DNA of 64,000 nt from Candidatus Moraniibacteriota bacterium (GTDB taxonomy: Bacteria > Patescibacteriota > Minisyncoccia > Moranbacterales > DUUL01). Positions 35,897-46,037 of this stretch are shown piece after piece (position 1 is the first letter of the stretch; each line of letters opens with the position of its first letter). Under the pieces are notes generated by a model that was not told where the DNA came from, did no database searches, and was given only the letters and a program-made list of their open reading frames with translations. Made by a program: the position numbers and the translations under genes. The DNA lies in the NCBI GenBank assembly GCA_012841575.1, contig DUUL01000039.1, forward strand, positions 38,954 to 102,953, read 5' to 3'.

Positions 35897-37603
35897 ATGA
35901 AAAAAAATTGGAAAATTAAAAAAAATGAACTAAAAGCAGTAGCCTCTTCTAACGAAAAAATAATTACTAGCATTTTGTTAAACCGAGGTCTTACTACTGA
36001 AGAAGAAAAAAATGCCTTCTTGTTTCCTGACTACGAGCGAGACTTACACGATCCATTTTTGATTAAGGACATGCAAAAGGCTGTAGATAGAGTTCTTTTA
36101 GCGAAAAAGAGAAAAGAAAGAATTTGCATTTATGGCGACTACGATGCTGATGGAGTAACTGCTACAGTTTTAGTTAAAGATTTTTTCAACCAAATTGAAT
36201 TGGATTTTTTTTGTTACATCCCAGATAAAGATAAGGAGGGTAATAGTTTAAACAAAGAAGCTATTGACTACATTAAAACCCAAGGGGCAAATTTGATTAT
36301 TACAGTTGATTGTGGAATTTCTAGTTTTAAGGAGGTGGCTTACGCTAATGAAAATGAAATCGAAGTCATTATTACGGATCACCATTCTTTACCAAAAAAA
36401 TTACCCGCTGCATTAGCAATTATTAATCCAAAAGCAAGTCCTGATTATCCAGAGAAAAACTTGGCAGGAGTGGGAGTTGCCTTTAAATTTGTTGCTGCTT
36501 TGGCAGGTAGTTTTGAAGAGTATGAGAAAGATCAATTAAAATGGTTGTTAGATCTGGTTGCGATTGGAACAATTGCTGACTGCGTTCCCTTGATTGGAGA
36601 AAACCGTACACTTGCTAAGTTCGGCTTGCTGGTCCTTTCTAAGACAAGAAGAGTTGGTTTAAAGCAAATTTTTCAAGTTGGATCTTTGAATATTAACAGT
36701 GGGTTAATTCCGTCTGCTGAACAAATCTCTTTTCAATTAGCGCCACGAATTAATGCAGCGGGTAGGATCGACCACGCTAACTTAGCCTTTGATCTGCTTT
36801 CGGCTGTAGAGGGAGAGGAGTCATCAGCTAGAATTTTAGCTCTAGAACTTGAAAGCAAAAATCAACATCGACAAAAAATAACTGAAAAAATTATCAGTGA
36901 AGTAGAGAATCGATTGAAAAATAAGAACAATCTTCCTGCAGTTATTGTTGAATGGGCGCCTCATTGGAGTTATGGAATTGTTGGTTTAGTCGCTGGTAAA
37001 ATTGCTGAAAAATATCATCGACCAACTTTAATTCTTCAGGAAAAAGATAGTATTTTACGAGGTTCAGGTCGTTCGGTCCCAGAAGTTAACTTCATAGAAA
37101 TTCTAAGAGAATCTGATCATTTAATGAGTAAATACGGCGGACACTCACAAGCACTTGGTGGTGAATTTCCCAAAAAAAATGTAGAGGAACTTAGTCGCAA
37201 TCTAGAAAAAAAAATAGCACCTCTTTTAAAGAAAGAGAATATTTCTGAATTAGAGATTGATACTGAATTAACCTTGGCGCAAATCAATTTTGATTTAGTC
37301 AACCAGCTTTCTCAACTAGAGCCGTTTGGAGAAGGCAACCCAGAACCAATCTTCTTGACAAGGAACCTAACTGTTTCTGACTTAAGGCTAGTCGGCAACG
37401 GAGAAAAACACCTAAAGTTAATTCTTTCTGATGGCGAGCCTGACACTAACCGTCTTTCCGCTATTGGATTTCGTCTTGCAGATAACTACGCTAATCTAAA
37501 AATAAATGACAAGATTGATCTAGTTTTTACCCTGCAAAAAAACCAATGGAATGGAATTGAATCAATCCAGGCCAAAATAATTGACTTGAATGTCATTTCC
37601 TAA
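35897..37603 (+). CDS. recJ: single-stranded DNA exonuclease RecJ
   Basis: GDYDADG, TVDCG, TDHH, GTIAD, PRINAAGR, GSGRS, GGH, LEPFG. Confidence 0.97.
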   Translation: MKKNWKIKKNELKAVASSNEKIITSILLNRGLTTEEEKNAFLFPDYERDLHDPFLIKDMQKAVDRVLLAKKRKERICIYGDYDADGVTATVLVKDFFNQIELDFFCYIPDKDKEGNSLNKEAIDYIKTQGANLIITVDCGISSFKEVAYANENEIEVIITDHHSLPKKLPAALAIINPKASPDYPEKNLAGVGVAFKFVAALAGSFEEYEKDQLKWLLDLVAIGTIADCVPLIGENRTLAKFGLLVLSKTRRVGLKQIFQVGSLNINSGLIPSAEQISFQLAPRINAAGRIDHANLAFDLLSAVEGEESSARILALELESKNQHRQKITEKIISEVENRLKNKNNLPAVIVEWAPHWSYGIVGLVAGKIAEKYHRPTLILQEKDSILRGSGRSVPEVNFIEILRESDHLMSKYGGHSQALGGEFPKKNVEELSRNLEKKIAPLLKKENISELEIDTELTLAQINFDLVNQLSQLEPFGEGNPEPIFLTRNLTVSDLRLVGNGEKHLKLILSDGEPDTNRLSAIGFRLADNYANLKINDKIDLVFTLQKNQWNGIESIQAKIIDLNVIS

Positions 37604-37651
37604 AATTTACTTTAAAGAGCCTTATTTACAAGGCTAAAAGACATGACTATG

Positions 37652-37680
37652 TTGACCAGTTGAATTTTTTGATTTATCCT
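37652..37680 (+). promoter_or_regulatory. putative promoter of tRNA-Glu
   Basis: TTGACC-N17-TATCCT. Confidence 0.5.
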
Positions 37681-37752
37681 ATGTTAAAGATAATTAAGAT
37701 AGATTTTGTTTTTTATAGATTAATTTTCTAAGAAATTAAAGCATTTAAGCAC

Positions 37753-37824
37753 GCCGCGTTCGTCTAGTGGCTAGGACACCAGGTTCTCATCCTGGCAACA
37801 CGGGTTCGATTCCCGTACGCGGTA
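37753..37824 (+). tRNA. tRNA-Glu(CTC), CCA not encoded
   Basis: GCCGCGT/ACGCGGT stem, GTCTAGTGGCTAGGAC D-arm, CCAGG-TTCTCAT-CCTGG, GGTTCGATTCC. Confidence 0.95.
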
Positions 37825-37909
37825 CAGGGTAAAAGTAGAGAGAAGTTAATTGATTCGGTTCCAATGAGGACTTGTTTAAGTTTGATTGCTTAAGAAATAA
37901 AACTTTCTT

Positions 37910-38992
37910 ATGGAAAAAGAGGCAATTCAATTATTAAAAGAACACAAAGAAGTTTTGGATTGTCATTTGGGCAATTTTTTACAAAAAAAGGTCAAGACCT
38001 TTGGGAACTATGATCCCACAATGTCTGTTTTAATGAAAAAAATAGAAGATGTTGTTTTAGCGGGAGGAAAGAGAATTCGACCAACTTTACTCCACTACGC
38101 CTATTTAGCAAGCGGGAAAAAAGATAGTGCAAAAATTATTGATATTGAAGTTGCGGTTGAATTAGTTCACAATTATCTACTTATTCACGACGACGTTTTT
38201 GATCGAGATGACATTCGACACGGAGTAAAAACGATCCACAAAAGATATCTGGAGAGCCACCGTTCAAAAATCAAATCGACTGAAGATTTAGTGCATTTTA
38301 GTAATTCCATGGCAATTTCAGCGGGAGATGTTTTGGTCGCTCTAGCAAACTCTCTGGTGCTGCAAACTGCTTTGAAAAAAGAAACTCTTATTAAAATCAC
38401 TCAACTACTTCAAGATACAATTCTAATGGCTTTTGTTGGGGAGGTAAAGGACATTGCCTTGAGCCATTCGCTAAATGTTTCAAAAAATGATATTCTAAAA
38501 GTACATCGCTTCAAAACAGGGATTTACACTTTTGAAAATCCAATCAAGATGGGGTTAATCCTTAGTGGAGAAGAGGATAAAGAGGTTTATAAAAAGTTTT
38601 CTGACTACGCAATCCCACTGGGAATTGCCTTCCAACTAAGAGATGATATTTTAGGATTAATGGGCGATGAAAAAAAATTAGGCAAACCAGCTGGTTCTGA
38701 TGTCAAAGAAGGAAAAAAAACGCTCTTAACCACTAAAGCTTTAGAGTTGGGCAATAAAAAGCAACAAGCTTTTCTTAGGAGTCGTTTAGGTAAAAACAAT
38801 TTAACAGAAAAAGAATTAAATGCCTTTCGTCAAATTGTCGTTGAAACTGGATCCCTGGATTACTCTCAAAAAAAATGTACCAAATTGATCCAAGAGGCTC
38901 TTGATGCACTACAGAAGATTAATTTTAAGAATAAAAAATCAGCTACTTTTTTTAATGGAATTGCAGAATATATAGTTTCCAGAAAACACTAA
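37910..38992 (+). CDS. trans-polyprenyl diphosphate synthase (FPP/GGPP synthase family)
   Basis: GGKRIRP, LIHDDVFD, FQLRDD, GKPAGSD. Confidence 0.93.
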   Translation: MEKEAIQLLKEHKEVLDCHLGNFLQKKVKTFGNYDPTMSVLMKKIEDVVLAGGKRIRPTLLHYAYLASGKKDSAKIIDIEVAVELVHNYLLIHDDVFDRDDIRHGVKTIHKRYLESHRSKIKSTEDLVHFSNSMAISAGDVLVALANSLVLQTALKKETLIKITQLLQDTILMAFVGEVKDIALSHSLNVSKNDILKVHRFKTGIYTFENPIKMGLILSGEEDKEVYKKFSDYAIPLGIAFQLRDDILGLMGDEKKLGKPAGSDVKEGKKTLLTTKALELGNKKQQAFLRSRLGKNNLTEKELNAFRQIVVETGSLDYSQKKCTKLIQEALDALQKINFKNKKSATFFNGIAEYIVSRKH

Positions 38993-39002
38993 TAATAAAA
39001 AT

Positions 39003-39731
39003 ATGTTAAAGAATGATAATTTAAAACCTAGACATGTTTTAATTATCCCCGACGGTAATCGTAGATGGGCGAGAAGTAGAGATTTAAAACCTTGGGAGGG
39101 GCATTGGATGGGAGCGGAGAAGATTGAGGAAATCACTCGAAAGGCATTAGCTTTAAAAATAAAAAGCCTTACCTTTTGGGGTTCATCTCAGGACAATTTA
39201 ACAAAACGACCATTTTTAGAAAAAAAGGCTTTGTTGGAGATCTATGAAAAATATTTTAAACGTCTGATTAAATCAAGGGAAATAATGGAAAATGAAGTCA
39301 AAATTCAATTAGTTGGTCGCTGGAAAGAGCAATTTCCAAGTCAACTAAAAAACATCCTTGAAGATGGCGTTAATTTGACCAAAAATCATTCAAAATACCT
39401 CCTTAATTTCCTCTTGGCGTATGGAGGAGATGATGATATTATGGAGGGAGTCAAGAGAATTGTTGCTAGGGCAAAAGAAGGTCTGAATGAAAAAGAGCTC
39501 ACTAAAGATTTTTTTGCAAATCACCTGCTTAGCGCAAATCTTCCACCGGTTGACTTGATCATTCGCACTGGAGTGGAGGGTGATCCGCATAATAGTGCCG
39601 GAGTTTTGATGTGGCAAACTCAAGATTCACAATATTACTTCTCAGAGAAAATGTTTCCAGATTTTGGAGCTGAGGATTTTGAAAAAGCGATTAATGATTT
39701 TGGTAAAAGAGAAAGGAGAAAAGGTAAGTAG
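39003..39731 (+). CDS. uppS: cis-prenyltransferase (undecaprenyl diphosphate synthase family)
   Basis: IPDGNRRWA, YGG, DLIIRTG, FPDF, C-terminal RRKG. Confidence 0.9.
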   Translation: MLKNDNLKPRHVLIIPDGNRRWARSRDLKPWEGHWMGAEKIEEITRKALALKIKSLTFWGSSQDNLTKRPFLEKKALLEIYEKYFKRLIKSREIMENEVKIQLVGRWKEQFPSQLKNILEDGVNLTKNHSKYLLNFLLAYGGDDDIMEGVKRIVARAKEGLNEKELTKDFFANHLLSANLPPVDLIIRTGVEGDPHNSAGVLMWQTQDSQYYFSEKMFPDFGAEDFEKAINDFGKRERRKGK

Positions 39732-39778
39732 TTTTTTGCTAAAAAACTTAAAGCTTAATTATTAAATTTAAAAATAAA

Positions 39779-40093
39779 ATGGCATTAGAATTTAACGATT
39801 CAAACTTTGAAGCAGAGGTTTTAAAAAACGAAGGAGTAACTTTAGTTGATTTTTGGGCACCTTGGTGCGGTCCTTGTCAAATGATGGGACCAATTATCGA
39901 CGAAGTTGCTAAGGAGGTTGCAGAAAGGCACAAAGTAGGAAAGCTAAACGTAGATGAAAATCAAGCTACAGCGCAAAAATATGGAGTAATGTCAATCCCA
40001 ACTCTTCTTATCATTAAAAATGGAGAGGTCGTAAAGCAATTGGTGGGCGTTCAATCCAAAGAAGCCTTGATTAAAGAATTAAATAACGCTTAG
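39779..40093 (+). CDS. trxA: thioredoxin
   Basis: DFWAPWCGPC, SIPT. Confidence 0.97.
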   Translation: MALEFNDSNFEAEVLKNEGVTLVDFWAPWCGPCQMMGPIIDEVAKEVAERHKVGKLNVDENQATAQKYGVMSIPTLLIIKNGEVVKQLVGVQSKEALIKELNNA

Positions 40094-40128
40094 TAGCAGT
40101 AAAACGCTTTTTGCATAAACACTAAATC

Positions 40129-41052
40129 ATGAAGGAAGTTATCATTATTGGCTCTGGACCTGCTGGTCTTAGTGCCTCGGTTTATCTCTCTCGCTATAAA
40201 GTGCCACACTTAATTATTGGTCCGCAGGCGGGTGGCTATATTAATAACACTGGGGAAATTCAAAACTACCTTGGTTTTTCAAGTATTCAAGGCTGGGAAT
40301 TGGCTCAAAAAATGAAAGAACATGTGACAGAATTAGGCGCAGAAACATTACAAGAAGAGGTGATTGAGATAAAAAAAACCACTAATGGATTCGAAATTAA
40401 AACTGGATTAGAAAAAAAACTTGAAAGTCGTTTTATTATTTATGCTGGAGGAACTAAACATCGAACCTTAGGGATTCCTGGAGAAAGGGAGTTGGAGGGA
40501 AAAGGAATTTCTTATTGTGCCACTTGCGACGGTCCGTTTTTTAAGGAAAAAAATGTGGCTGTGGTTGGTGGTGGGAATAGTGCTGGCAGTGCCGCCTTAA
40601 TTTTAGCTCAACATGCAAAACAAGTAACTATTTTTTATCGCGGAGAAAAACCTCCTATGCTACCTAGTTATCTTGATCAAATCAGTCAATCAAAAAATAT
40701 TGAGTTGGTTTGTTGTACCAATCTAAAAGAAATTAAAGGTTCTGATAAAGTTACAAGTGTAGTTTTGGATAATCCCTATAATGGTAAAAACACCTTTAGT
40801 CTAGATGGAGTCTTTATTGAAATTGGTTCTGATCCAAGGGTGGAGATTTTAACAAAAATAAAAGTTGAGCTAGATGAATGGAATTATATTAAGACCAATC
40901 AAGACCAGTCCACTAATGTTCCTGGATTTTATGCAGTCGGAGACGTAACCACAGGCTCTAACGGTTTTCGTCAAATTATTTGTGCCGCTTCTGAGGGAGC
41001 TATCGCTGCCTTGGCAATTTTTGAAAAATTAAAAGAGAGACAGGATACTTAA
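40129..41052 (+). CDS. trxB: thioredoxin reductase family
   Basis: GSGPAG, SYCATCDG, GGGNSA, TNVPGFYAVGD; adjacent to trxA. Confidence 0.93.
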   Translation: MKEVIIIGSGPAGLSASVYLSRYKVPHLIIGPQAGGYINNTGEIQNYLGFSSIQGWELAQKMKEHVTELGAETLQEEVIEIKKTTNGFEIKTGLEKKLESRFIIYAGGTKHRTLGIPGERELEGKGISYCATCDGPFFKEKNVAVVGGGNSAGSAALILAQHAKQVTIFYRGEKPPMLPSYLDQISQSKNIELVCCTNLKEIKGSDKVTSVVLDNPYNGKNTFSLDGVFIEIGSDPRVEILTKIKVELDEWNYIKTNQDQSTNVPGFYAVGDVTTGSNGFRQIICAASEGAIAALAIFEKLKERQDT

Positions 41053-41175
41053 GCGTTATTTAAAATACAATTATTCAAAAATTTCCTCAGGAGAAGGGGA
41101 GTGCCATTATGGAGAAAATAAGAACACTCTTCTCAAAAGCATTTTCAGCAACATCCTTTTGTCAATAAAACTTTC

Positions 41176-41622
41176 ATGAAAAATTCAGCAACAGCTTTAA
41201 TTACATACAATAAAAAAATATTAATGTTATTGCGGGATAATAAGCCAGAAATTCCAGATCCTAATTGCTGGCAGTTGATTGGTGGACAGTTAGAGTCAAA
41301 TGAAACACCGATCGAAGCTTTAATTCGAGAGGTTAGGGAGGAATCTAATCTTGAAATTAAAAAGAACGAGCCAATTTTGATTGGTGAAATTAATTTTTTG
41401 GGAAAGAAGAAAATTTTTCTTTACTGGATTAAGTTATCAAAAGAAAAGGCAAGAGAAGTTAAACTAGGAAATGAGGGGCAAGAAATAGCGTTTTTCTCCA
41501 TAAAAGAGCTAGAAAAATTAAACTTAGGACTAAATACTTCTAATTATTTTAAAAAATTTAAAAAAGGTTTAAAAAATATTGTGGAAAATGAAGTGATGGA
41601 TAAAAAGGCATTGGGTTTTTAA
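41176..41622 (+). CDS. NUDIX hydrolase
   Basis: GGQLESNETPIEALIREVREES Nudix box. Confidence 0.9.
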   Translation: MKNSATALITYNKKILMLLRDNKPEIPDPNCWQLIGGQLESNETPIEALIREVREESNLEIKKNEPILIGEINFLGKKKIFLYWIKLSKEKAREVKLGNEGQEIAFFSIKELEKLNLGLNTSNYFKKFKKGLKNIVENEVMDKKALGF

Positions 41623-41731
41623 AAGAAGGTTTTTATTTTTTATAAATAGTGTCAAAATCACCATAAATTCACACAGCTATACAATTATTATTGCGCAGAC
41701 TATATAAGTAAAAAATTAATAATCAGCAAAG

Positions 41732-42841
41732 ATGAATCCAATTAAAATCAGTCAAGGAGGGAAGTTAGAAACAAGCTCTAAAATTAAAGTTACTCAAAAA
41801 AACCTAGCCGAAGTTTACACACCAGGAGTGGCCCAAGTTTGTTTAGCGATTAAAAAAAAGCCAGAGAAGGTGCGAGATCTGACTTGGAAAAATAGATCAG
41901 TAGCAATAGTTTCTGATGGGACAGCAATTTTAGGCTTGGGTAATATTGGTCCAGAGGCAGGACTTCCAGTGATGGAGGCTAAAGCATTGCTTTTCAAGCA
42001 ACTGGGAGGAATAGACGCTGTTCCAATTATGCTCAATACTAATAATCCAAAAGAAATCATTCGAACTGTTAAAAATATAGCTGCTGGCTTTGGTGGTATA
42101 AATTTGGAAGATATTGCTGCTCCAAATTGCTTTCAAATAGAAAAAGCTTTACGCTCTCTACCAATTCCAGCTTTTCACGACGATCAAGATGGAACTGCAA
42201 TTGTCACATTAGCTGGCTTAATTAATGCCACTAAAGTAGTTGGGAAAAATCTAAAAACTACTAAAATTATTATTTCTGGAGCGGGAGCTGCGGGAATTGC
42301 AATTGCAAGGTTGTTGCTTGCCTATGGCTGCAAGAACATAACGCTTTTTGATTCACAGGGCTCAATTTATCAAGGACGCAAAGGTTTAAATTTTATTAAA
42401 AAGGAAATTGCCCAAAGGACAAATCTAACCAAAGAAAACCTGGTTCTTAAAAAAGGAATTAAAGAAGCGGACATTTTTATTGGAGTCTCTGGTCCCAAAC
42501 TACTAAATATCAGTGATATTAGAAAGATGAAAGAGAGGGCAATTGTTTTTGCGATGGCTAATCCAACTCCAGAAATTATGCCGGAAATCGCTCTAAAGGG
42601 TGGAGCGGCTATAGTTGCGACTGGGCGGAGTGATTTCCCTAATCAGATTAATAATGCACTAGTTTTTCCAGGAATTTTCAAAGGAGCATTAAAAAATGAA
42701 GCTCGTGCAATTAGCCAAAAACACAAATTAGCTGCAGCAATTAGCCTCTCTTCCTTGATCAAAAATCCAACAAAAAATAACTTGTTGCCAAAAGTAACTG
42801 ATCGAAGAGCGGTAGAAGCAGTTGCAAAAGTTTTTCAATAA
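41732..42841 (+). CDS. NAD(P)-dependent malic enzyme
   Basis: YTPGVA, DGTAILGLG, INLEDI, HDDQDGT, GAGAAG, MANPTPEI, GRSDFPNQINN. Confidence 0.95.
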   Translation: MNPIKISQGGKLETSSKIKVTQKNLAEVYTPGVAQVCLAIKKKPEKVRDLTWKNRSVAIVSDGTAILGLGNIGPEAGLPVMEAKALLFKQLGGIDAVPIMLNTNNPKEIIRTVKNIAAGFGGINLEDIAAPNCFQIEKALRSLPIPAFHDDQDGTAIVTLAGLINATKVVGKNLKTTKIIISGAGAAGIAIARLLLAYGCKNITLFDSQGSIYQGRKGLNFIKKEIAQRTNLTKENLVLKKGIKEADIFIGVSGPKLLNISDIRKMKERAIVFAMANPTPEIMPEIALKGGAAIVATGRSDFPNQINNALVFPGIFKGALKNEARAISQKHKLAAAISLSSLIKNPTKNNLLPKVTDRRAVEAVAKVFQ

Positions 42842-42856
42842 AGTTAGTAGCTTTAT

Positions 42857-42884
42857 TTGCAACTTTAATTTTATCTGGTAGAAT
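42857..42884 (+). promoter_or_regulatory. putative extended -10 promoter of rplI
   Basis: TTGCAA...TGgTAGAAT. Confidence 0.5.
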
Positions 42885-42922
42885 TAACGCAAGGAGGGCC
42901 TAATTTTATCAGCACTAAATAC

Positions 42923-43351
42923 ATGAAAATTGTTTTACTAGAAGAAGTCAAAAATGTCGGAAAAAAGGGAGAAGTTAAGGAGGTATCTGATGGTTTTGCT
43001 AGGAATTTTTTACTTCCAAGACAGTTGGCTGAGCCGGCAAATGAGGCCAATATTGCAAGAGCCGAAGCTATGCGAGAAAAAATTGATCAATTAAACGAGA
43101 AGGAGTTAAGTGAAAAAAGGGCTTTAGCAGACAAACTAAAAGGTAAAAAAATAGTGATTAAGGCCAAATCAGAAAACGGAAAGCTTTTTGGTGCAATCAC
43201 TAAAAAACAAATCGCACAAGAACTTTCAATTGCTGATGAATCAACTATTTTATTAGAAAATGCAATCAAAGAATTGGGTGATTTTGTAATCAAAGTGCGT
43301 CTTGCTGAAAACATTGAGACAGAGGTAAAACTAACTATAGAGTCAGATTAA
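42923..43351 (+). CDS. rplI: 50S ribosomal protein L9
   Basis: VSDGFARNFLLP, GKLFGAIT, IKELG. Confidence 0.96.
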   Translation: MKIVLLEEVKNVGKKGEVKEVSDGFARNFLLPRQLAEPANEANIARAEAMREKIDQLNEKELSEKRALADKLKGKKIVIKAKSENGKLFGAITKKQIAQELSIADESTILLENAIKELGDFVIKVRLAENIETEVKLTIESD

Positions 43352-43374
43352 ATTAATTATATTTTGAGTGGAAG

Positions 43375-43415
43375 GAAGCAGACAAGGTTACTAAAAAAAG
43401 TCTGTTTCTTTTTTT
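43375..43415 (+). terminator. terminator-like hairpin between rplI and pyrG
   Basis: GAAGCAGAC...GTCTGTTTC followed by a T-run; long loop. Confidence 0.5.
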
Positions 43416-43447
43416 AGGGAATTTTAATTTTTTAAAAAACAAACTAA

Positions 43448-45103
43448 ATGGCTAAGTACATCTTTGTTTTTGGGGGAGTAATGAGTGGAATAGGGAAGGG
43501 GGTTGCCACTTCTTCCATTGCTAAAATTATTCAATCTCGCGGCTACAGAGTGACTGCCATTAAAATTGATCCTTATGTTAATGTTGATGCGGGCACAATG
43601 AACCCAACAGAGCACGGGGAGGTTTTTGTTATGGACAGTGGGTTGGAAACTGATCAAGACATGGGAAATTACGAACGCTTTCTCAATATAACACTACCTA
43701 GAGAAAATTATATGACGACAGGCAGTGTTTACAAAAAGGTAATCGAGCGAGAAAGAAATCTTGAATACAATGGAAAATGCGTTCAAATTATTCCACATGT
43801 AACCAACGAAGTAATCGATACAATTACAAACGCAGCTAAGAAAAATAAGGCTGATTTTGTAACAATTGAAGTTGGTGGTACAACAGGTGACTATGAAAAT
43901 GACTTATTCACTGAAGCAGCTCGCCAGTTGAGACTTCGCCTGGGGAAAGAAAATGTACTCTTTGTTATGATTGGCTATGTTCCATTTCCCAATATTGTGG
44001 GTGAGATGAAAACAAAACCTACTCAACAGGCTGTACGTGCCCTCAATGCTGCTGGAGTTCAAGCTGATATTATAATTGCTCGTAGTGAAAATCCCATTGA
44101 TGAAAGAAGAAAGGAGAAAATTGCCTTGTTTTGCAATATCGAAACTGAAGCGGTTATTTCCGCTCCTGACTCTGAGTCAATTTATGAAATTCCTCTCAAT
44201 TTTGAAAAAGACCACTTGAGCGAGATAATTCTCAAAAAACTTGCACTTAAGCCAAGAAAGAAAAACTTACAAGACTGGGAAAACTTTGTTAAAAAAGTTA
44301 AAAACGCTAAAAAGGAAATTAAAATCGGCATGATTGGAAAATATTTTGGAACTGGAGATTATGTGCTAACAGATGCATACATTTCAGTCATTGAAGCAAT
44401 CAAGCATGCTGCTTATAACAATGGTTTAAGACCAAAAATTGACTGGATTGACTCTGGAAAGCTTGAAAAAAATGAAAAAAAACTTTCCATATTAAAAAAA
44501 TATGATGGCATTATCGTACCTGGTGGATTTGGTTCTCGCGGAATTAAGGGAAAACTAAAAACAATTCAATATGCAAGAGAGAATAAAATTCCTTACTTGG
44601 GACTTTGTTACGGAATGCAGCTGATGATAGTTGAGTACGCCCGAAATGTACTTGGAGTTAAGAATGCCAATACTGCAGAAATTGTACCAAAAGGGAAGAA
44701 TCTAGTTATTGATTTAATGCCGGAACAAAAGGAAAGTCTTAAGAATAATAAATATGGCGCTACAATGAGATTGGGCAGCTATCTTTGCAAAATCAAACCA
44801 GGTACGATAGCCTATGAAAGCTATGGGAAAAAAGAGGTGTCAGAGCGCCATCGCCATCGCTACGAAGTAAACCCTAAATACATAGCTGACTTAGAAAAAG
44901 CTGGTATTATTTTTTCTGGGAAATCTCCTGATGGAAAGCTAATGGAAATTGCTGAATTACCAAAAGAGAAGCACCCTTTTATGCTTGGAACTCAATTTCA
45001 CCCAGAATTTACCTCTTCACCACTAAAACCAAACCCTATCTTTTTAAAATTTATTGAAGCAGTCTCAAATTATAATAAAACTAAGATTGAAAGGGTGGGG
45101 TAG
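43448..45103 (+). CDS. pyrG: CTP synthase
   Basis: GGVMSGIGKG, GTMNPTEHGEV, KTKPTQ, GLCYGMQ, RHRHRYE, QFHPE. Confidence 0.98.
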   Translation: MAKYIFVFGGVMSGIGKGVATSSIAKIIQSRGYRVTAIKIDPYVNVDAGTMNPTEHGEVFVMDSGLETDQDMGNYERFLNITLPRENYMTTGSVYKKVIERERNLEYNGKCVQIIPHVTNEVIDTITNAAKKNKADFVTIEVGGTTGDYENDLFTEAARQLRLRLGKENVLFVMIGYVPFPNIVGEMKTKPTQQAVRALNAAGVQADIIIARSENPIDERRKEKIALFCNIETEAVISAPDSESIYEIPLNFEKDHLSEIILKKLALKPRKKNLQDWENFVKKVKNAKKEIKIGMIGKYFGTGDYVLTDAYISVIEAIKHAAYNNGLRPKIDWIDSGKLEKNEKKLSILKKYDGIIVPGGFGSRGIKGKLKTIQYARENKIPYLGLCYGMQLMIVEYARNVLGVKNANTAEIVPKGKNLVIDLMPEQKESLKNNKYGATMRLGSYLCKIKPGTIAYESYGKKEVSERHRHRYEVNPKYIADLEKAGIIFSGKSPDGKLMEIAELPKEKHPFMLGTQFHPEFTSSPLKPNPIFLKFIEAVSNYNKTKIERVG

Positions 45104-45138
45104 TAAAAAAACGAAACCGAGCTAACCTCGGTTTCGTT
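45104..45138 (-). terminator. intrinsic terminator between convergent pyrG and rpmA
   Basis: 12-bp stem AACGAAACCGAG/CTCGGTTTCGTT with U-run on the minus strand. Confidence 0.85.
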
Positions 45139-45178
45139 GTATAAAAAATGTAAAAAGACCTAAATGATTATCAAAAAA

Positions 45179-45451
45179 CTATTCAACTTCAATAAATTTA
45201 GCCTTTTTCAATGTTCCAGTAAAGCGCACTATCTTCTTAGTCACAAACTTAACCACACCGTCTTTTACAGCGATAATGGTATCATCCTTGGTGATTTTGG
45301 TGTTTTTTCCTGCTCTAAAACCAGAACCTCTTTGTCTAACCAAAATTTCCCCGACTTTAACTTTTTGCCCACCAAAGCGCTTTACTCCTAAATATTTTGG
45401 GCGAGAATCACGTCCCAACTGAGTGGAACCTCCTGCTTTTCTAGTTGCCAT
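45179..45451 (-). CDS. rpmA: 50S ribosomal protein L27
   Basis: [32 protein letters not shown]. Confidence 0.97.
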   Translation of the reverse strand: MATRKAGGSTQLGRDSRPKYLGVKRFGGQKVKVGEILVRQRGSGFRAGKNTKITKDDTIIAVKDGVVKFVTKKIVRFTGTLKKAKFIEVE

Positions 45452-45520
45452 TGCTCTAAGTAATTATTTTTAAACTAACTGATTGAAAACTATCCTTCAT
45501 TCTAACTAAAAATAACACTC

Positions 45521-45991
45521 ATGTCAATGTTTGAGCGAAATTCAGAAGACCAAAAATTTGATTACAGTAAATTAATATTAACGCTACTAACTGTTTTCCT
45601 AATCGCAATCGCTAGTTTTCAAGTTGGAAGAAATACAAAAAGCACCATTGATCACAACCTAAAAGTAGAAGAGCTGAATAATGAAAAACATCTCGTTAAA
45701 AATGATCTAGAAAATGAAAAACTCTTAACATTATTAAGGGCTATGGAAAGAAAGCAAATAAAAATCCCAGAAAACACTAAGACGGCAGCCTCAAATCCAG
45801 CAAAAGGGAATAGTGATGAAAAGATAACTGATGAATGCCTATTTATTGCTTCAAAGAACTCTACAAAATACCATCGATCAGATTGCTCCACTGCTCAAAG
45901 AATAAAAGAGTCTAATCGAATTTGCTTTGCTTCAGAAAAAGATGCAGAATCAGAAGGCTACACTGCAGCAACAGACTGTGCTAAAAAATAA
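45521..45991 (+). CDS. membrane-anchored protein with C-terminal Ada metal-binding-like domain
   Basis: TM at aa ~18-36; FIASKNSTKYH..DC....I...NRICF.S..DAE.EGY.....C. Confidence 0.75.
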   Translation: MSMFERNSEDQKFDYSKLILTLLTVFLIAIASFQVGRNTKSTIDHNLKVEELNNEKHLVKNDLENEKLLTLLRAMERKQIKIPENTKTAASNPAKGNSDEKITDECLFIASKNSTKYHRSDCSTAQRIKESNRICFASEKDAESEGYTAATDCAKK

Positions 45992-46037
45992 CTTAATATT
46001 CTAATTAATTTTATAACTTAATAAGTTAATTTAAAAA

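Noticed and set aside
41085-41135. GAGAAG..GAGTG...CACTCTTCTC hairpin before the NUDIX gene as a riboswitch
   Set aside because: No match to riboswitch consensus sequences I know; single imperfect stem
43375-43447. Bacillus-type pyrG attenuator
   Set aside because: No promoter or GGGC start for reiterative transcription seen; the hairpin is more simply the rplI terminator
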